In this document: positions 29,912 to 40,363 of the stretch, piece after piece
Layout of the letters: each line of letters opens with the position of its first letter
How positions within the stretch are numbered: position 1 is the stretch's first letter
Assembly (NCBI GenBank): GCA_938040315.1
Contig: CALHQW010000004.1
Span: forward strand, 32,700 to 96,699
Length of the DNA stretch: 64,000 nt
DNA from: an uncultured bacterium
GTDB lineage: Bacteria; Hydrothermota; Tepidihabitantia; Tepidihabitantales; DTDR01
Direction of reading: 5' to 3'
Translations under genes and position numbers: made by a program
Notes under the pieces: generated by a model
The model's input: only the letters and a program-made list of their open reading frames with translations
Told to the model about the DNA's origin: nothing
Databases searched by the model: none

Positions 29912-30371
29912 TCAATACAACAGAAAAACAACTTGCTACCTTTTTAAAGTTAAAACCCTCCCAAGTTTTTACTTTAATTCCAATATTTCTTCTTTTTACA
30001 TTTAAGATTTTTGAAATATTTTTTTTCATCTCGGAAATATAAGGCATAATCTTTGGTTTGTCAATTATAATAATCACATCAATATTTTTTATTTTATAAC
30101 CTCTCTTTTTTACTTTTTGGTAAACTTCCTTTAAAATAATTGAAGAAGAAAGTCCTTTTATCTTTTCATTGTTATCTGGAAAATAATAACCAATATCATA
30201 TTCACCAATCGAACCTAACAGAGCATCGCTTAGCGAATGAAAAAGTATATCAGCATCTGAATGACCGAATAATCCATAAGAAAAAGGAATTTCAACACCA
30301 CCAATTATTAATCTCCTTCTCCTTTTTAATGGATGGGAATCAAAACCTAAACCAATTTTTATCTCTTTCAC
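29883..30371 (-). CDS. ispF: 2-C-methyl-D-erythritol 2,4-cyclodiphosphate synthase
   Basis: GLGFDSH…GHSDADIL…SD motifs. Confidence 0.9.
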   Translation of the reverse strand: MKEIKIGLGFDSHPLKRRRRLIIGGVEIPFSYGLFGHSDADILFHSLSDALLGSIGEYDIGYYFPDNNEKIKGLSSSIILKEVYQKVKKRGYKIKNIDVIIIIDKPKIMPYISEMKKNISKILNVKRRNIGIKVKTWEGFNFKKVASCFSVVLIEKNDTLKR

Positions 30372-31456
30372 ATAATTATTAATTTAAATAACTCCTCTTT
30401 TTCTTTATTTTTCATTTTTAAATAATAAATTCCCTTCTGGTATTTTTTATTATCTAAAATTATTTTTTCTTTTATAGTTTTTTTGTAAAGAATTTGACCA
30501 AGAGAATTGGTTAAAATAATTTCACCTTCTTTTTCTTTAAAATCAATTATTAAAGAATTTTGCCAAAGAAGAGTTTTAATTTTTGCATCCTCTTTTTCAA
30601 AAATTCCAGTAAAGATATCTTTTAAATAACCCTTTGACCTACGTCTTCCTTCAACTAATAGAATCCATGTCCCAATATTAAACCACATTCTTTCATTAAT
30701 ATAACTACTATCTTTTACCTGCCAGAGAGAATCTTTATACCATAAAATGCCATTCATTCTTGCTGTATCTCGCCAAAGAAAACTGCTATAAACGCCGGCT
30801 ACTCTTATTACTGTATAGTTTCTTATTTTATAAGCATTAGGAATGAGACCATAAGGAGTTTGGACATTTTCTATGCTAATTACTCGACAGGTGTCAGCCA
30901 AAAAAGTTATTGTGTCATTTAGGATTCCCTCACCATCTAAATCTAATATAAATAATCTTCCTCTTAAACCTAAACCCCACTTAAGATTTATTGAGAAAGG
31001 TGTTTTATAAAGAGTTTCTTGAATAATTATGGTATCAAAAAAAGTGCCATTCCAACATAAATAAGGTCCGTATTCAAAAAGAGTATCGTAAGATTCCTGA
31101 AATTTCCTTGGAGAAAATTTTTTCTTAGAAAAGATATTGAAGAATAATAAATTGAAATTAAAGATTTCTGAATAAGAAGTCTTTTGAAGATAGGCAATAT
31201 TTCCTTGCCACACTGTTTCTTTTACGATTGATTCGCGAGCAATTCCATCATAAAAATAGACTTCGGTAGTTTCCGAGGGATAAAAATAATGTATTGTATC
31301 ACAAATAGAAATAGTATCTAATGCCCATTTTCCTTGGAAGATGCCTAAATAAGATCCTACCGGTCCATTAAAGTTAATTAAAAAAATAATCAAATACACC
31401 ATTTTCTCCTCCTTTTTAATTATAAAAATTATAAACTTGATTTTACAAAAAGTCAA
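30368..31456 (-). CDS. hypothetical secreted protein with T9SS-type C-terminal sorting domain
   Basis: Hydrophobic N-terminus (probable start at the internal Met, MVYLIIFL…). C-terminal …KKYQKGIYYLKMKNKEKEELFKLIIM resembles a Por CTD. Confidence 0.4.
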   Translation of the reverse strand: MTFCKIKFIIFIIKKEEKMVYLIIFLINFNGPVGSYLGIFQGKWALDTISICDTIHYFYPSETTEVYFYDGIARESIVKETVWQGNIAYLQKTSYSEIFNFNLLFFNIFSKKKFSPRKFQESYDTLFEYGPYLCWNGTFFDTIIIQETLYKTPFSINLKWGLGLRGRLFILDLDGEGILNDTITFLADTCRVISIENVQTPYGLIPNAYKIRNYTVIRVAGVYSSFLWRDTARMNGILWYKDSLWQVKDSSYINERMWFNIGTWILLVEGRRRSKGYLKDIFTGIFEKEDAKIKTLLWQNSLIIDFKEKEGEIILTNSLGQILYKKTIKEKIILDNKKYQKGIYYLKMKNKEKEELFKLIIM

Positions 31457-31469
31457 GTTATAATATCTT

Positions 31470-32846
31470 ATGAGTGATTTAATAATTATTGGTGCTGGTC
31501 CGGGTGGCTATGTAGCAGCAATTCGGGCCTCCCAATTTGGTAAAAAAGTAATTTTAATTGAAGAAAAAGAAGTAGGTGGTGTCTGTTTAAATTCCGGTTG
31601 TATTCCAACAAAAACTTTATTACATTTGGCAAAGATGATAGAAGAAAGTAAGAACTTAAAAAATTATGGTATTGAATTTTCTTTAAACAGAGTTGATATT
31701 AAAAAAATAGGAGAATTTAAAGAGAGAGTTATTTTAAAATTAAGAAGAGGAATTGAGTTTCTTTTAAATAAATATAATATTGAACTAATAAAAGATAGAG
31801 CAATCTTTGAAAGTGAGAAAGAGGTAAGATTATTAAAAAGTAACAAAAAAATAAAAGGAGAAAAATTTATTATTGCTACTGGATCAAAATCATCCTTTCT
31901 GAAAAATATAAAGGGGAATAATGAAATTATTTGGACATCAGAAGAGGCATTAAATTTTGAAAAAATACCAGAAAAATTATTAATAATCGGTGCCGGAGTA
32001 ATTGGTTTAGAATTGGGAACAATTTATTCTTCCTTTGGCTCAAAAGTTATCTTTGTTGAAATTACCAATCAGATTTTACCAGGCATTGATTCAGAAATTG
32101 CTCATTATTTTAAAAATCTTTTAGAAAAAAGGGGAATTATCTTTTATTTGAATTCAATTTTAAAAGAAATAGATATTAATAAAAGAAAAGCAAAAATTGA
32201 GACAAAAGAGAAAGGTGAAATTGAGATTGATTTTGACAATATTTTATTAGCAATCGGCAGAAAACCGAGGAGTGATGAACTAAATTTAAATAATCTTCTT
32301 TTAGATAATTTTGGATATATAAAAACTGATAAAAAGATGATGACAAATATTTCCGGAATCTATGCAATTGGTGACATAAGAAAACCCCCTTTACTTGCTC
32401 ATAAAGCGATGTACGAAGGAAAAAAGGTTATTGAGACAATTTTTCAAGATATCGAAGAAGAAGATGTTTTTATTCCCAATTGTATTTACACCGAACCAGA
32501 AATTGCCACAATTGGCATAAATGAAGAAGAAGCAAAAATTAAGGGATTAGAAATTATTGTTATTAAAGTTCCTTTGTCAGTAAATGGTCGAGCTTTAACA
32601 ATGGGAAAGAACGAAGGCTTTGGAAAAATAATTTATGACAAAAATAAAAAAGAGATTTTGGGTCTTCATTTGATTATGCCTAATGCTTCAGAAATTATTG
32701 GTGAAGGAAGTATCTTCTTAAATTTGAAATTAAACTTAAAAAAAATAAAAAATGTTATTCACCCCCACCCAACATTATCAGAAATTATTGAAGAGATTTT
32801 TTTATCAGTCACAAAAGAGGCAATCCATAATTTACCTTATGAATAA
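31470..32846 (+). CDS. lpd: dihydrolipoyl dehydrogenase
   Basis: GAGPGGY FAD motif, redox-active disulfide GGVCLNSGCIPTK, NAD Rossmann GAGVIGLE, C-terminal HPHPTLSE. Confidence 0.85.
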   Translation: MSDLIIIGAGPGGYVAAIRASQFGKKVILIEEKEVGGVCLNSGCIPTKTLLHLAKMIEESKNLKNYGIEFSLNRVDIKKIGEFKERVILKLRRGIEFLLNKYNIELIKDRAIFESEKEVRLLKSNKKIKGEKFIIATGSKSSFLKNIKGNNEIIWTSEEALNFEKIPEKLLIIGAGVIGLELGTIYSSFGSKVIFVEITNQILPGIDSEIAHYFKNLLEKRGIIFYLNSILKEIDINKRKAKIETKEKGEIEIDFDNILLAIGRKPRSDELNLNNLLLDNFGYIKTDKKMMTNISGIYAIGDIRKPPLLAHKAMYEGKKVIETIFQDIEEEDVFIPNCIYTEPEIATIGINEEEAKIKGLEIIVIKVPLSVNGRALTMGKNEGFGKIIYDKNKKEILGLHLIMPNASEIIGEGSIFLNLKLNLKKIKNVIHPHPTLSEIIEEIFLSVTKEAIHNLPYE

Positions 32847-33717
32847 TTTGATTGAAAAATTTTTAGAATATTTAGAAAAAGAAAAAAACTATTCCCAAGA
32901 GACCGTTCGGGCATATAAAAATGATTTGCTCCAATTTAAAGAATATTTAGTTGACCGAGAAAAAGTTAATGACTTTTTAAAAGTTAATTATGAGAAGATT
33001 AGAAATTTTATTGGTTATCTTTTAAAATATGGCTATGATAAAAGAAGTACCGCTCGGAAATTGTCAGCGGTTAAATCTTTTTATAAATTTTTGAAGAATA
33101 TCAAACTAATTAAAAAAAACCCCACAATCGGAATTAAATCACCGAGATTAGAAAAAAAAATACCAGTTTTTCTAACAGAAGTGCAAGTAAAAGAAATTTT
33201 AGATTTACAACCACCAACAAAAATAAGTTTTCGGGACAAAGCAATGTTAGAACTTTTATATGCTTCGGGATTGAGAGTATCGGAATTGGTGAATTTAAAA
33301 ATAAGTGATGTGGATTTTGAAAATAAAATATTAAAAGTAAAGGGTAAAGGAGAAAAAGAAAGGATTGTGCCTTTTGGTAGTTATGCTTTCAACGCTTTAA
33401 AAAAATATTTAGAAGAAAGAAAGGATAATTCTCCTTATCTTTTTGTATCAAGATTTAATAAAAAATTAAGTAATCGACAAATCCAAAAAATTGTAAAAAA
33501 ATATTTAAGCAAAATTCCTAATCCTCCCGCAACTAATCCTCATATTTTTAGACATAGTTTTGCTACTCATCTTCTTGATAGAGGAGCTGATTTAAGGGTA
33601 GTTCAAGAACTTTTGGGTCATAGCAGTTTAGAAACAACACAGATTTATACCCATTTAACTATCGGTAAACTAAAAGAGATTTATAAAAAAACCCATCCCC
33701 GAGCAAAATTGAATTGA
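32839..33717 (+). CDS. xerC: tyrosine site-specific recombinase XerC/XerD family
   Basis: R…HxxR…Y catalytic set (LRVSEL, HIFRHSFATHLL, TQIYTH). Start set at ATG 32839. Confidence 0.8.
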   Translation: MNNLIEKFLEYLEKEKNYSQETVRAYKNDLLQFKEYLVDREKVNDFLKVNYEKIRNFIGYLLKYGYDKRSTARKLSAVKSFYKFLKNIKLIKKNPTIGIKSPRLEKKIPVFLTEVQVKEILDLQPPTKISFRDKAMLELLYASGLRVSELVNLKISDVDFENKILKVKGKGEKERIVPFGSYAFNALKKYLEERKDNSPYLFVSRFNKKLSNRQIQKIVKKYLSKIPNPPATNPHIFRHSFATHLLDRGADLRVVQELLGHSSLETTQIYTHLTIGKLKEIYKKTHPRAKLN

Positions 33718-33746
33718 TTTTTATTATATTTATGATATAATTTTCT

Positions 33747-35537
33747 ATGTTTAGTATATCAAAAATTAGGAAAAATATGCGCACTATTATGTTAATTGTC
33801 GCTATTGCCTTTGTGGGTGGATTTCTTATGTCCGAACTTTGGATAGTGTTAAAAGAAGGTCGTTTAGGAGGCCATCCAATAAGAAAAGGAATTTTAGGTT
33901 ACGTTGGCAAAAAGCCAATAAGATTAAATGAATATCAAAATATTTTAAATTATTTAACTTACCAATATTTAAGAACTAACCGACTAAAAGATGTTTCCGA
34001 AGAAGAAAAAATAAGATTACAAGAAGAAGCCTGGCGTTATCTGGTTGATAATAAAATTTGGGAGGATATTTATAAGAAAAATAATATTAGTGTAACTAAT
34101 GAAGAACTTTTTGAGATAATGAAAGCCAATCCTCCAGAAGAATTAAAAAATTCACCAGAATTAAAAGATAGTTTGGGAAATTTTGATTATCAAAAATATT
34201 ACCAAATTCTCACCAATCCGGAAAACCAACCTTATTTCGCTCTCTATGCCCAACAACTGTTAGAATTTTTACCAAAAGAGAAATTTCGTTTAGATTTACA
34301 AACCGCAATCCAAATTTCTAAGAAGGAGGCTGAATTTTTTACCGAATTACAAAGGACAAGAATGGTTGCCACTCATATTTTCGTTCCCCTTTTAACACCC
34401 GATGATACTATATCAATTTCTGAAAAGGAATTGAAAGCCTATTATGAAAAAAATAAAAAAAGGAATTTTAAAATTCCTAAAACCGCTAACCTTAAATACA
34501 TTGAAATTCCAATCACCTTAACAAGTAATGATAGTAATGAAGCAAAATCAATTATTGAGGATGTTTATAACGAATTAAAGAAAGGGGAAGATTTTGGTGT
34601 TTTAATGCTTGATTTCTCAGAATTCTTAGAAGATACTGGCGGTATTTGGTATGAATTTAAAAATTTAGATAGTTTAACCCAAAGGATTTTGAAAATTCTC
34701 AAACCAGATCAATTTTCCGCACCTTTTTTAAAAAGCGATACCTGGAAAATTATTCAATTGAGAGAAAAGAAAGGCGATAGTTTAAAACTGCGCTCAATCA
34801 GTGTTAGAATAAAAATTTCTACTGCTACTATTGAAGCAATTTTGGATACTTTGGAGAAATTTCGGGAAGCAGCAAAAGAAGAGAATTTTGATAGTATTGC
34901 TTTTAGATATTTTAATCAACACCCAAGACCGATTACCATTACTGAAGGTCGTCAACCATTTTGGTTAAGATTAGCCAGTCCTAATCAGATAGAAGATTTT
35001 GCTTTTAATTCTAAAATTGGTTCTATTTCGCCTCCTTTGCTGACAAGTACTTCTTATATTATTGCTTATTTAGAAAAAGTAAATAAAGAAGGTTATCAAC
35101 CTTTTGAAAGAATAAAGACTTCTTTGACTTACCAAATAAGAAGAGAAAAGTTAAAAGAAAAGAAAAGAAAAATTGCTGAAGAGATAAGAGTAATGTTATT
35201 AAGAAATGAAGATATTGATGTTATTCAAAATAAATATCTCTTTTGCCAAATTGGTCATAAGGAAGACTTTATGAGTTTTGATTTTTGTGTAACAAACCGG
35301 GGACCAGAATTTGCTGGAGCACTTTATTCTTTAAATCCGGGAGAGGTCTCGCCAATAATTGAATTAGATTGGGGGTTTTACATAATAAAATGTGAAGAAA
35401 GAAATCTTTTAGGAGAAATCTCGATTGATAATTATCGTAATCAAAAAACCAACCAGTTTATTCAATATTTTTGGGAAGAATTTACTAAAGAGGAGAAAGT
35501 AAAGGATTTTCGTTATCTTTTATATACCAAAGAATAA
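33747..35537 (+). CDS. periplasmic chaperone / peptidyl-prolyl isomerase, PpiD/SurA-like
   Basis: N-terminal TM anchor, SurA-N-like region and parvulin-like segments. Weak motif support. Confidence 0.45.
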   Translation: MFSISKIRKNMRTIMLIVAIAFVGGFLMSELWIVLKEGRLGGHPIRKGILGYVGKKPIRLNEYQNILNYLTYQYLRTNRLKDVSEEEKIRLQEEAWRYLVDNKIWEDIYKKNNISVTNEELFEIMKANPPEELKNSPELKDSLGNFDYQKYYQILTNPENQPYFALYAQQLLEFLPKEKFRLDLQTAIQISKKEAEFFTELQRTRMVATHIFVPLLTPDDTISISEKELKAYYEKNKKRNFKIPKTANLKYIEIPITLTSNDSNEAKSIIEDVYNELKKGEDFGVLMLDFSEFLEDTGGIWYEFKNLDSLTQRILKILKPDQFSAPFLKSDTWKIIQLREKKGDSLKLRSISVRIKISTATIEAILDTLEKFREAAKEENFDSIAFRYFNQHPRPITITEGRQPFWLRLASPNQIEDFAFNSKIGSISPPLLTSTSYIIAYLEKVNKEGYQPFERIKTSLTYQIRREKLKEKKRKIAEEIRVMLLRNEDIDVIQNKYLFCQIGHKEDFMSFDFCVTNRGPEFAGALYSLNPGEVSPIIELDWGFYIIKCEERNLLGEISIDNYRNQKTNQFIQYFWEEFTKEEKVKDFRYLLYTKE

Positions 35538-35542
35538 AATTT

Positions 35543-35614
<72 letters not shown>

Positions 35615-35673
35615 TATTATTGACTTTTTTATTTTTTTATTTATATTTTATTAATTAAAAAGGAGGTTAAAAG

Positions 35674-36852
35674 ATGGCCTATTTAGTAATTTTATTACAA
35701 ATAATTAATTTTAATACTAATTTAGATTTAACAATTGCTCGCCATGATACTGGTAATATAATCTTACAAGTTACTGACCGAGCCCATATTGGTGGTGAGA
35801 CTACTGGCACAGCCAATATCCCTTATGGGTTAAGATATCCAAGAACAGGAACCGACCATTTATTCTTTGGTGGATTTGTAATTACCAATTCGCGAACTTA
35901 TGTCGCTGATGGTCATTATGCTCCCAATTACCGAATTGACCGGGATTTTCGAATTCGTGATGTTATTCATCGAGTTTCAAGATACGGTCTTCAAGAATAT
36001 GAAGCAAGTTATATTGACTCTGGACATCCAACTCCTAAAAATATAAAAGTAACTCAATACACTTTAGCATCTCCTGAGCCGAATTATGATGATGGTGTAA
36101 TAATGATTTTCACTATCAAAAATGAAGGGAATACCTCTGTTGAAAGTCTTTATGCCGGAATTATATTAGATTTGGATCTTCCGGGAGGTTCTCCTTCAGA
36201 ATTAGCAAATACTGATACAATAAGAAGATGTGTGTATCAAAGAAGGTCGACAACAGAAAATCCCACAGTTGGAATAAAAATCTTATCGCCAAATTGGGCA
36301 AATCTTGCTTGCCTTTATAATCCAACTTATGTTCATCCTTATTATGGATTACCCGATACTTTTAAATATAAATTTCTGAGAGGAATGATAAGACAATATG
36401 CCGGTGTGACTGCAAGTGATTGGTCAAGTGTTGCCTCTGTCGGTCCTTTTAATTTAGAGCCACAACAAGAATATGTATGTGCCTTTGCTATTTTGGGCGG
36501 AACTTCAATAAATGATTTTCTTACAAACGCTGATAGTATTCAGGCGTTTTATGACCGACTTGTTGGCATAAACGAAAATAAAAAAGATAAAAAAGATAAA
36601 AAAGTGATCCTTTTAATAAGCCCAATAATTTTAAGTTCAAAATCTAAATTACAATTAAAAGTGAATACTGATGAAGAATTCCAAATAAACCTCTATGATC
36701 TTTGTGGAAAATTGGTCCACTCTTTTGGAAAAATAAAAGGAAAGAAGATTTATACCCTAACTTTAGATAAAAAATATTCTAAAGGAGTTTATTTTTTAAG
36801 GATAGAAGGAAAGGAGAATTACTTAACTAAAAAACTAGTTTATTTAAAGTAA
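35674..36852 (+). CDS. hypothetical protein with T9SS (Por) C-terminal sorting domain
   Basis: Strong RBS AAAGGAGG. C-terminal …KGKKIYTLTLDKKYSKGVYFLRIEGKENYLTKKLVYLK is a classical CTD. The N-terminus lacks a typical signal peptide. Confidence 0.5.
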   Translation: MAYLVILLQIINFNTNLDLTIARHDTGNIILQVTDRAHIGGETTGTANIPYGLRYPRTGTDHLFFGGFVITNSRTYVADGHYAPNYRIDRDFRIRDVIHRVSRYGLQEYEASYIDSGHPTPKNIKVTQYTLASPEPNYDDGVIMIFTIKNEGNTSVESLYAGIILDLDLPGGSPSELANTDTIRRCVYQRRSTTENPTVGIKILSPNWANLACLYNPTYVHPYYGLPDTFKYKFLRGMIRQYAGVTASDWSSVASVGPFNLEPQQEYVCAFAILGGTSINDFLTNADSIQAFYDRLVGINENKKDKKDKKVILLISPIILSSKSKLQLKVNTDEEFQINLYDLCGKLVHSFGKIKGKKIYTLTLDKKYSKGVYFLRIEGKENYLTKKLVYLK

Positions 36853-36856
36853 TTTA

Positions 36857-37552
36857 CTAAATTCTACTTCCAAAAATTAAAGTTCCAATTCTAAGGATAT
36901 TTGCTCCTTCTTCTATGGCAACTTCAAAATCACTACTCATTCCCATTGAAAGAAAGGGCAAAGATATTTTAAATTTATCTTGAATTTTTTCTCTTAATTC
37001 ATAAAGAAGACGAAAGGATTTGCGAGAATTTTCTTTATTCTCAATCGCACTAATTGGACCTAAGGTCATAAGTCCTTCCAATTTTAAATGGGGTTGATTT
37101 AAAACATATTCTACCAATCTCTCTAAATCTTCCGGCGAAACACCAAATTTAGTATTTTCAAAGGATGTATTAACTTGAATAAATACGCGGATAATTTTAT
37201 TTTCTTTTTCACATAATTTTTCTAATTCTTCAGCAAGTTCAATTCTATCCAAAGATTGAATACAAGAAAAATATTGAAGTGCTTTTTTAACCTTATTAGT
37301 TTGTAAATGACCAACAAAATGCCATTCAATATTTTTAAACTCATTATTAATTAAAGGAATTTTTTTAATTGCCTCTTGAACTCGGTTTTCACCAATTTTA
37401 TTTAGACCACAATTTATCGCTTCTTTTATCCTTTCAGTATTAACACCTTTACTAACTGCCACTATTTCTATCTCCTCTTTTTTTCTACCCACTTTATTAC
37501 AAACCTCCTCAATTCTTCTCCATAAATTTTCAATATTTTTCTTTATATCCAT
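36857..37552 (-). CDS. yggS: YggS-family pyridoxal-phosphate homeostasis protein
   Basis: Alanine-racemase N-domain fold, VAVSK PLP-lysine motif, 231 aa. Confidence 0.85.
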   Translation of the reverse strand: MDIKKNIENLWRRIEEVCNKVGRKKEEIEIVAVSKGVNTERIKEAINCGLNKIGENRVQEAIKKIPLINNEFKNIEWHFVGHLQTNKVKKALQYFSCIQSLDRIELAEELEKLCEKENKIIRVFIQVNTSFENTKFGVSPEDLERLVEYVLNQPHLKLEGLMTLGPISAIENKENSRKSFRLLYELREKIQDKFKISLPFLSMGMSSDFEVAIEEGANILRIGTLIFGSRI

Positions 37553-37590
37553 TATAACATAATATAAATAAATCTTATTTTATTTTCAAG

Positions 37591-37700
37591 ATGATAGGGG
37601 AAGGGGGTATATAGGTAGAGGTTATTGATAGATAAAGATTTTTTGAGGTATAGGGATAACCCTATGATGGTATAGAAAGATAGTACAAAATATAATTGAT
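37591..37700. repeat. G-containing (T/G)ATAG(G/A) motif array with palindrome TAGGGATAACCCTA in the 233-bp yggS/phoH divergent intergenic region
   Basis: GATAGGGG, TATAGGTAGAGG, GATAGATAAAG, TATAGGGATAACCCTATGATGGTATAGAAAGATAGTAC. Stands out against roughly 80% AT surroundings. Confidence 0.4.
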
Positions 37701-37785
37701 TAGTAATTTGACTTTTCATTTTATTTTACTATAATTATTTAGATATTAGATTTAATGCTCGAATTATTCCTAAATATTTTTTCGT

Positions 37786-38772
37786 ATGAAAAAAAGGGAA
37801 GAGAATTTAATTAAAATTTCTGTTCCTTTTAAAGGAATTGACCCAATTAAAATTCTTGGTTTTCAAGATGAATACCTTAATTATATTTCTAAATTTTTCG
37901 GTTCTCAAATTATTGCTCGCAAAGATCGGATAAGAATATTAGGACCCCAAGAAGAGGTTTATAAAATTCGTGAGCTCTTTTTGAATCTTATGAGACATAT
38001 TAAAAAGAACAATTTTTTAACAAGGGAATTAATTAATGAAGAAATTAAATTGGTAAAAAGTGGAGAGTTTCCTAAGGAAGAGAAAAAAGAAAAGACAACA
38101 GAAAAAAGAAAAGCCGAATATGCTATTACTACTCCTAAAAAAATTATTTCTCCCCAAACAAAACATCAAGAGGAATATTTAAAAGCCATCGATGAGGCTG
38201 AGATAGTAATTTGTATCGGACCTGCAGGAACAGGAAAAACTTATTTAGCGGTAGCTAAGGCGGTATCTTATCTCTTAAATGGTAAAGTAGCAAGAATAAT
38301 TTTAACCCGACCGGCAGTAGAGGCGGGTGAACAACTGGGTTATTTACCCGGTGATTTAAAAGAAAAAGTTGCTCCTTATTTAAGACCTCTTTATGATGCC
38401 CTTTATGATATGATACCAATAGAAAAAGTAAAAAGAATGATTGAGGAAGAGATAATTGAAATTGCTCCTTTAGCCTATATGCGAGGAAGAACTTTATCCG
38501 ATGCTTTTATCATTTTAGATGAAGGACAAAATACTACTAAAACCCAAATGAAAATGTTTCTCACCCGTTTGGGTTGGAATTCTAAGGCAGTGGTAACTGG
38601 TGATGTTACCCAAATTGATTTAAGTTCTAAATACTCTTCTGGTCTCATTGATTGTGAAAAAAGATTAAAAAATATCAATGGTGTCAAAATTATTTATTTT
38701 GACAAAGGAGATGTCACCCGGCCAACAATTGTTTCCGAAATTATTAAAGCCTACGAGGAAGAAGAAAGTTAA
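37786..38772 (+). CDS. phoH: PhoH-family ATPase (YbeZ-like) with N-terminal KH-like domain
   Basis: Walker A GPAGTGKT, Walker B ILDEGQN, PhoH C-terminal region. Confidence 0.9.
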   Translation: MKKREENLIKISVPFKGIDPIKILGFQDEYLNYISKFFGSQIIARKDRIRILGPQEEVYKIRELFLNLMRHIKKNNFLTRELINEEIKLVKSGEFPKEEKKEKTTEKRKAEYAITTPKKIISPQTKHQEEYLKAIDEAEIVICIGPAGTGKTYLAVAKAVSYLLNGKVARIILTRPAVEAGEQLGYLPGDLKEKVAPYLRPLYDALYDMIPIEKVKRMIEEEIIEIAPLAYMRGRTLSDAFIILDEGQNTTKTQMKMFLTRLGWNSKAVVTGDVTQIDLSSKYSSGLIDCEKRLKNINGVKIIYFDKGDVTRPTIVSEIIKAYEEEES

Positions 38773-39139
38773 AGTTAATATCTTTGGTGTTAAAAATTTA
38801 AAGTTAAAAAAAGAAATTAAAGAAGTAGTTAAAGAGGTTTTAAAGGATGAAAATATAAAAACTTCAGAATTAAATATTATTGTCTGTGATGATCGATTTA
38901 TTAAAAAGTTAAATAAAAAATTCCTAAAAAGAGATTACTCAACCGATGTTTTAGCTTTCAATTTTGATGAAAATTTTCTTGGTGAAATATATGTTTCAAA
39001 GAATCAGACATTAAAACAGGCAAAAGAAGATAAAGTAAAATATGGTTATCGTCTGAAATATTTAATTCTTCATGGACTTTTTCATCTTTTATCTTATTCC
39101 CATTCAGAAATGGCAAAATTAATAACAAAATATTTATAA
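38678..39139 (+). CDS. ybeY: rRNA maturation endoribonuclease YbeY
   Basis: HxxxHxxxxxH zinc motif HGLFHLLSYSH. Conserved phoH-ybeY-corC order. Start is ambiguous (ATG 38678 or 38711), and both overlap the phoH 3' end. Confidence 0.8.
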   Translation: MVSKLFILTKEMSPGQQLFPKLLKPTRKKKVKVNIFGVKNLKLKKEIKEVVKEVLKDENIKTSELNIIVCDDRFIKKLNKKFLKRDYSTDVLAFNFDENFLGEIYVSKNQTLKQAKEDKVKYGYRLKYLILHGLFHLLSYSHSEMAKLITKYL

Positions 39140-40363
39140 ATGGGATATTTAATTATTCTTCTTTTAATCCTATTATTATTCTCCGCTTTATTTTCCGCCT
39201 CAGAAACTGCCTATTTTTCTCTTTCCGCTGAAGATTTTAAAAAATTAAATCTTGAAGAATTAAAAAAAAATGAGCATTCCTTTCTTTTAACAATTTTATT
39301 ATCTAACCTATTAGTGAATATTTCTTTTGCTTCTTTAACAACCCTTTTTAGTCTCAATCTTTTTTTAAATAAATTTGACCATTCTTTACTTTTGACCTTC
39401 ACTTCCCTAATATCAACTTTTATTATTCTTCTCTTTGGTGAAATTTTACCTAAAATTTATGCTACTAATTTTCCTTTAAAATTTGGTAGTTTCCCTCTTT
39501 CCTATTTTAAAAAAATCTCTTCTTTCTTTAATCCTTTTGTTCAATATTTTCAAAAAATATTTCTCTTTCGCTTTCTTCCCAAAAGCGAGCCCTTTCCTAA
39601 TAAAGAAGAATTAAAAAGTCTAATCAATTTTGGTATTGAAAATAAAGAACTTACTAAAGAAGAAGGTGAAATTCTTTATAACCTGATTGAATTAGAAGAA
39701 AGAAGAGTAAACGAAATTATGACACCCCGGAATAAAATATTTGCTCTTGACAAAGAACTATCTTTAAAAGAAGCAATAGAAAAAATTAAAGAAAATCCTA
39801 AATCAAGAATTCCTATTTATGAAAATAATATTGATAATATTATTGGGGTGGTATATTTAAAAGATATTTTAGAAATATTTTTCTCTTATAATTTTAACCC
39901 TCCAGAAGATTTAAAATTAGAAAATATCAAAAAACCAATTAATTTTGTTTCGGAAGTTCAAAGATTACCAGTAGTTTTTGAAGAATTAAGAAAAAAAGGA
40001 GCACACATTGCCCTAGTTATTGATGAATTTGGTCAAATTTCTGGGTTGGTAACTTTAGAAGATTTTTTGGAAACAATCTTTGGAGAAATAACCGATGAAT
40101 ATGATTTTCAGGAAGAGTTACCTTATATAAAAATAAGTGAAAATAGTTATTTAGTTATTGGTGACATTGATTTAGCCACTGTTAACCGATTAACCAAGGA
40201 TGCATTAAAGGAAGTTAATTTTCCTCGGCTTTCTGTCTATCTTATTGAAAAATTAGGAAGATTGCCAGAAGTGGGTGATGTAATAAGAGAGAAAAACTTA
40301 CTATTTGAAATAAAAGAGGTTAAAAAAAGAAAGATTGAAAAAGTATTATTAAAAATTTTATAA
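39140..40363 (+). CDS. corC: DUF21-CBS pair-CorC_HlyC transporter-associated protein (CorC/TlyC/YbeX family)
   Basis: N-terminal 4-TM DUF21, tandem CBS domains, C-terminal CorC_HlyC domain. Confidence 0.8.
   Translation: MGYLIILLLILLLFSALFSASETAYFSLSAEDFKKLNLEELKKNEHSFLLTILLSNLLVNISFASLTTLFSLNLFLNKFDHSLLLTFTSLISTFIILLFGEILPKIYATNFPLKFGSFPLSYFKKISSFFNPFVQYFQKIFLFRFLPKSEPFPNKEELKSLINFGIENKELTKEEGEILYNLIELEERRVNEIMTPRNKIFALDKELSLKEAIEKIKENPKSRIPIYENNIDNIIGVVYLKDILEIFFSYNFNPPEDLKLENIKKPINFVSEVQRLPVVFEELRKKGAHIALVIDEFGQISGLVTLEDFLETIFGEITDEYDFQEELPYIKISENSYLVIGDIDLATVNRLTKDALKEVNFPRLSVYLIEKLGRLPEVGDVIREKNLLFEIKEVKKRKIEKVLLKIL

Noticed and set aside
29258-30371. Overlap of the rhomboid and ispF coding regions (29883-29911) as a possible frameshift or fusion
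   Set aside because: Both proteins are full length with intact motifs, and the 29-bp overlap follows the compact overlapping gene style seen throughout this window.
32839-33717. Tyrosine recombinases (here and at 62507-63400) as markers of an integrated mobile element
   Set aside because: Both have the size, motifs and housekeeping context of XerC/XerD chromosome-dimer resolvases (next to lpd, nadB and rumA). No attL/attR repeats, phage, plasmid or transposase genes lie between or near them.
37649-37666. TAGGGATAAC as a homing-endonuclease (I-SceI-like) target site
   Set aside because: Only the first 10 of 18 nt match, and no LAGLIDADG ORF or intron is nearby. The more likely reading is a regulatory palindrome, which is reported as a finding instead.
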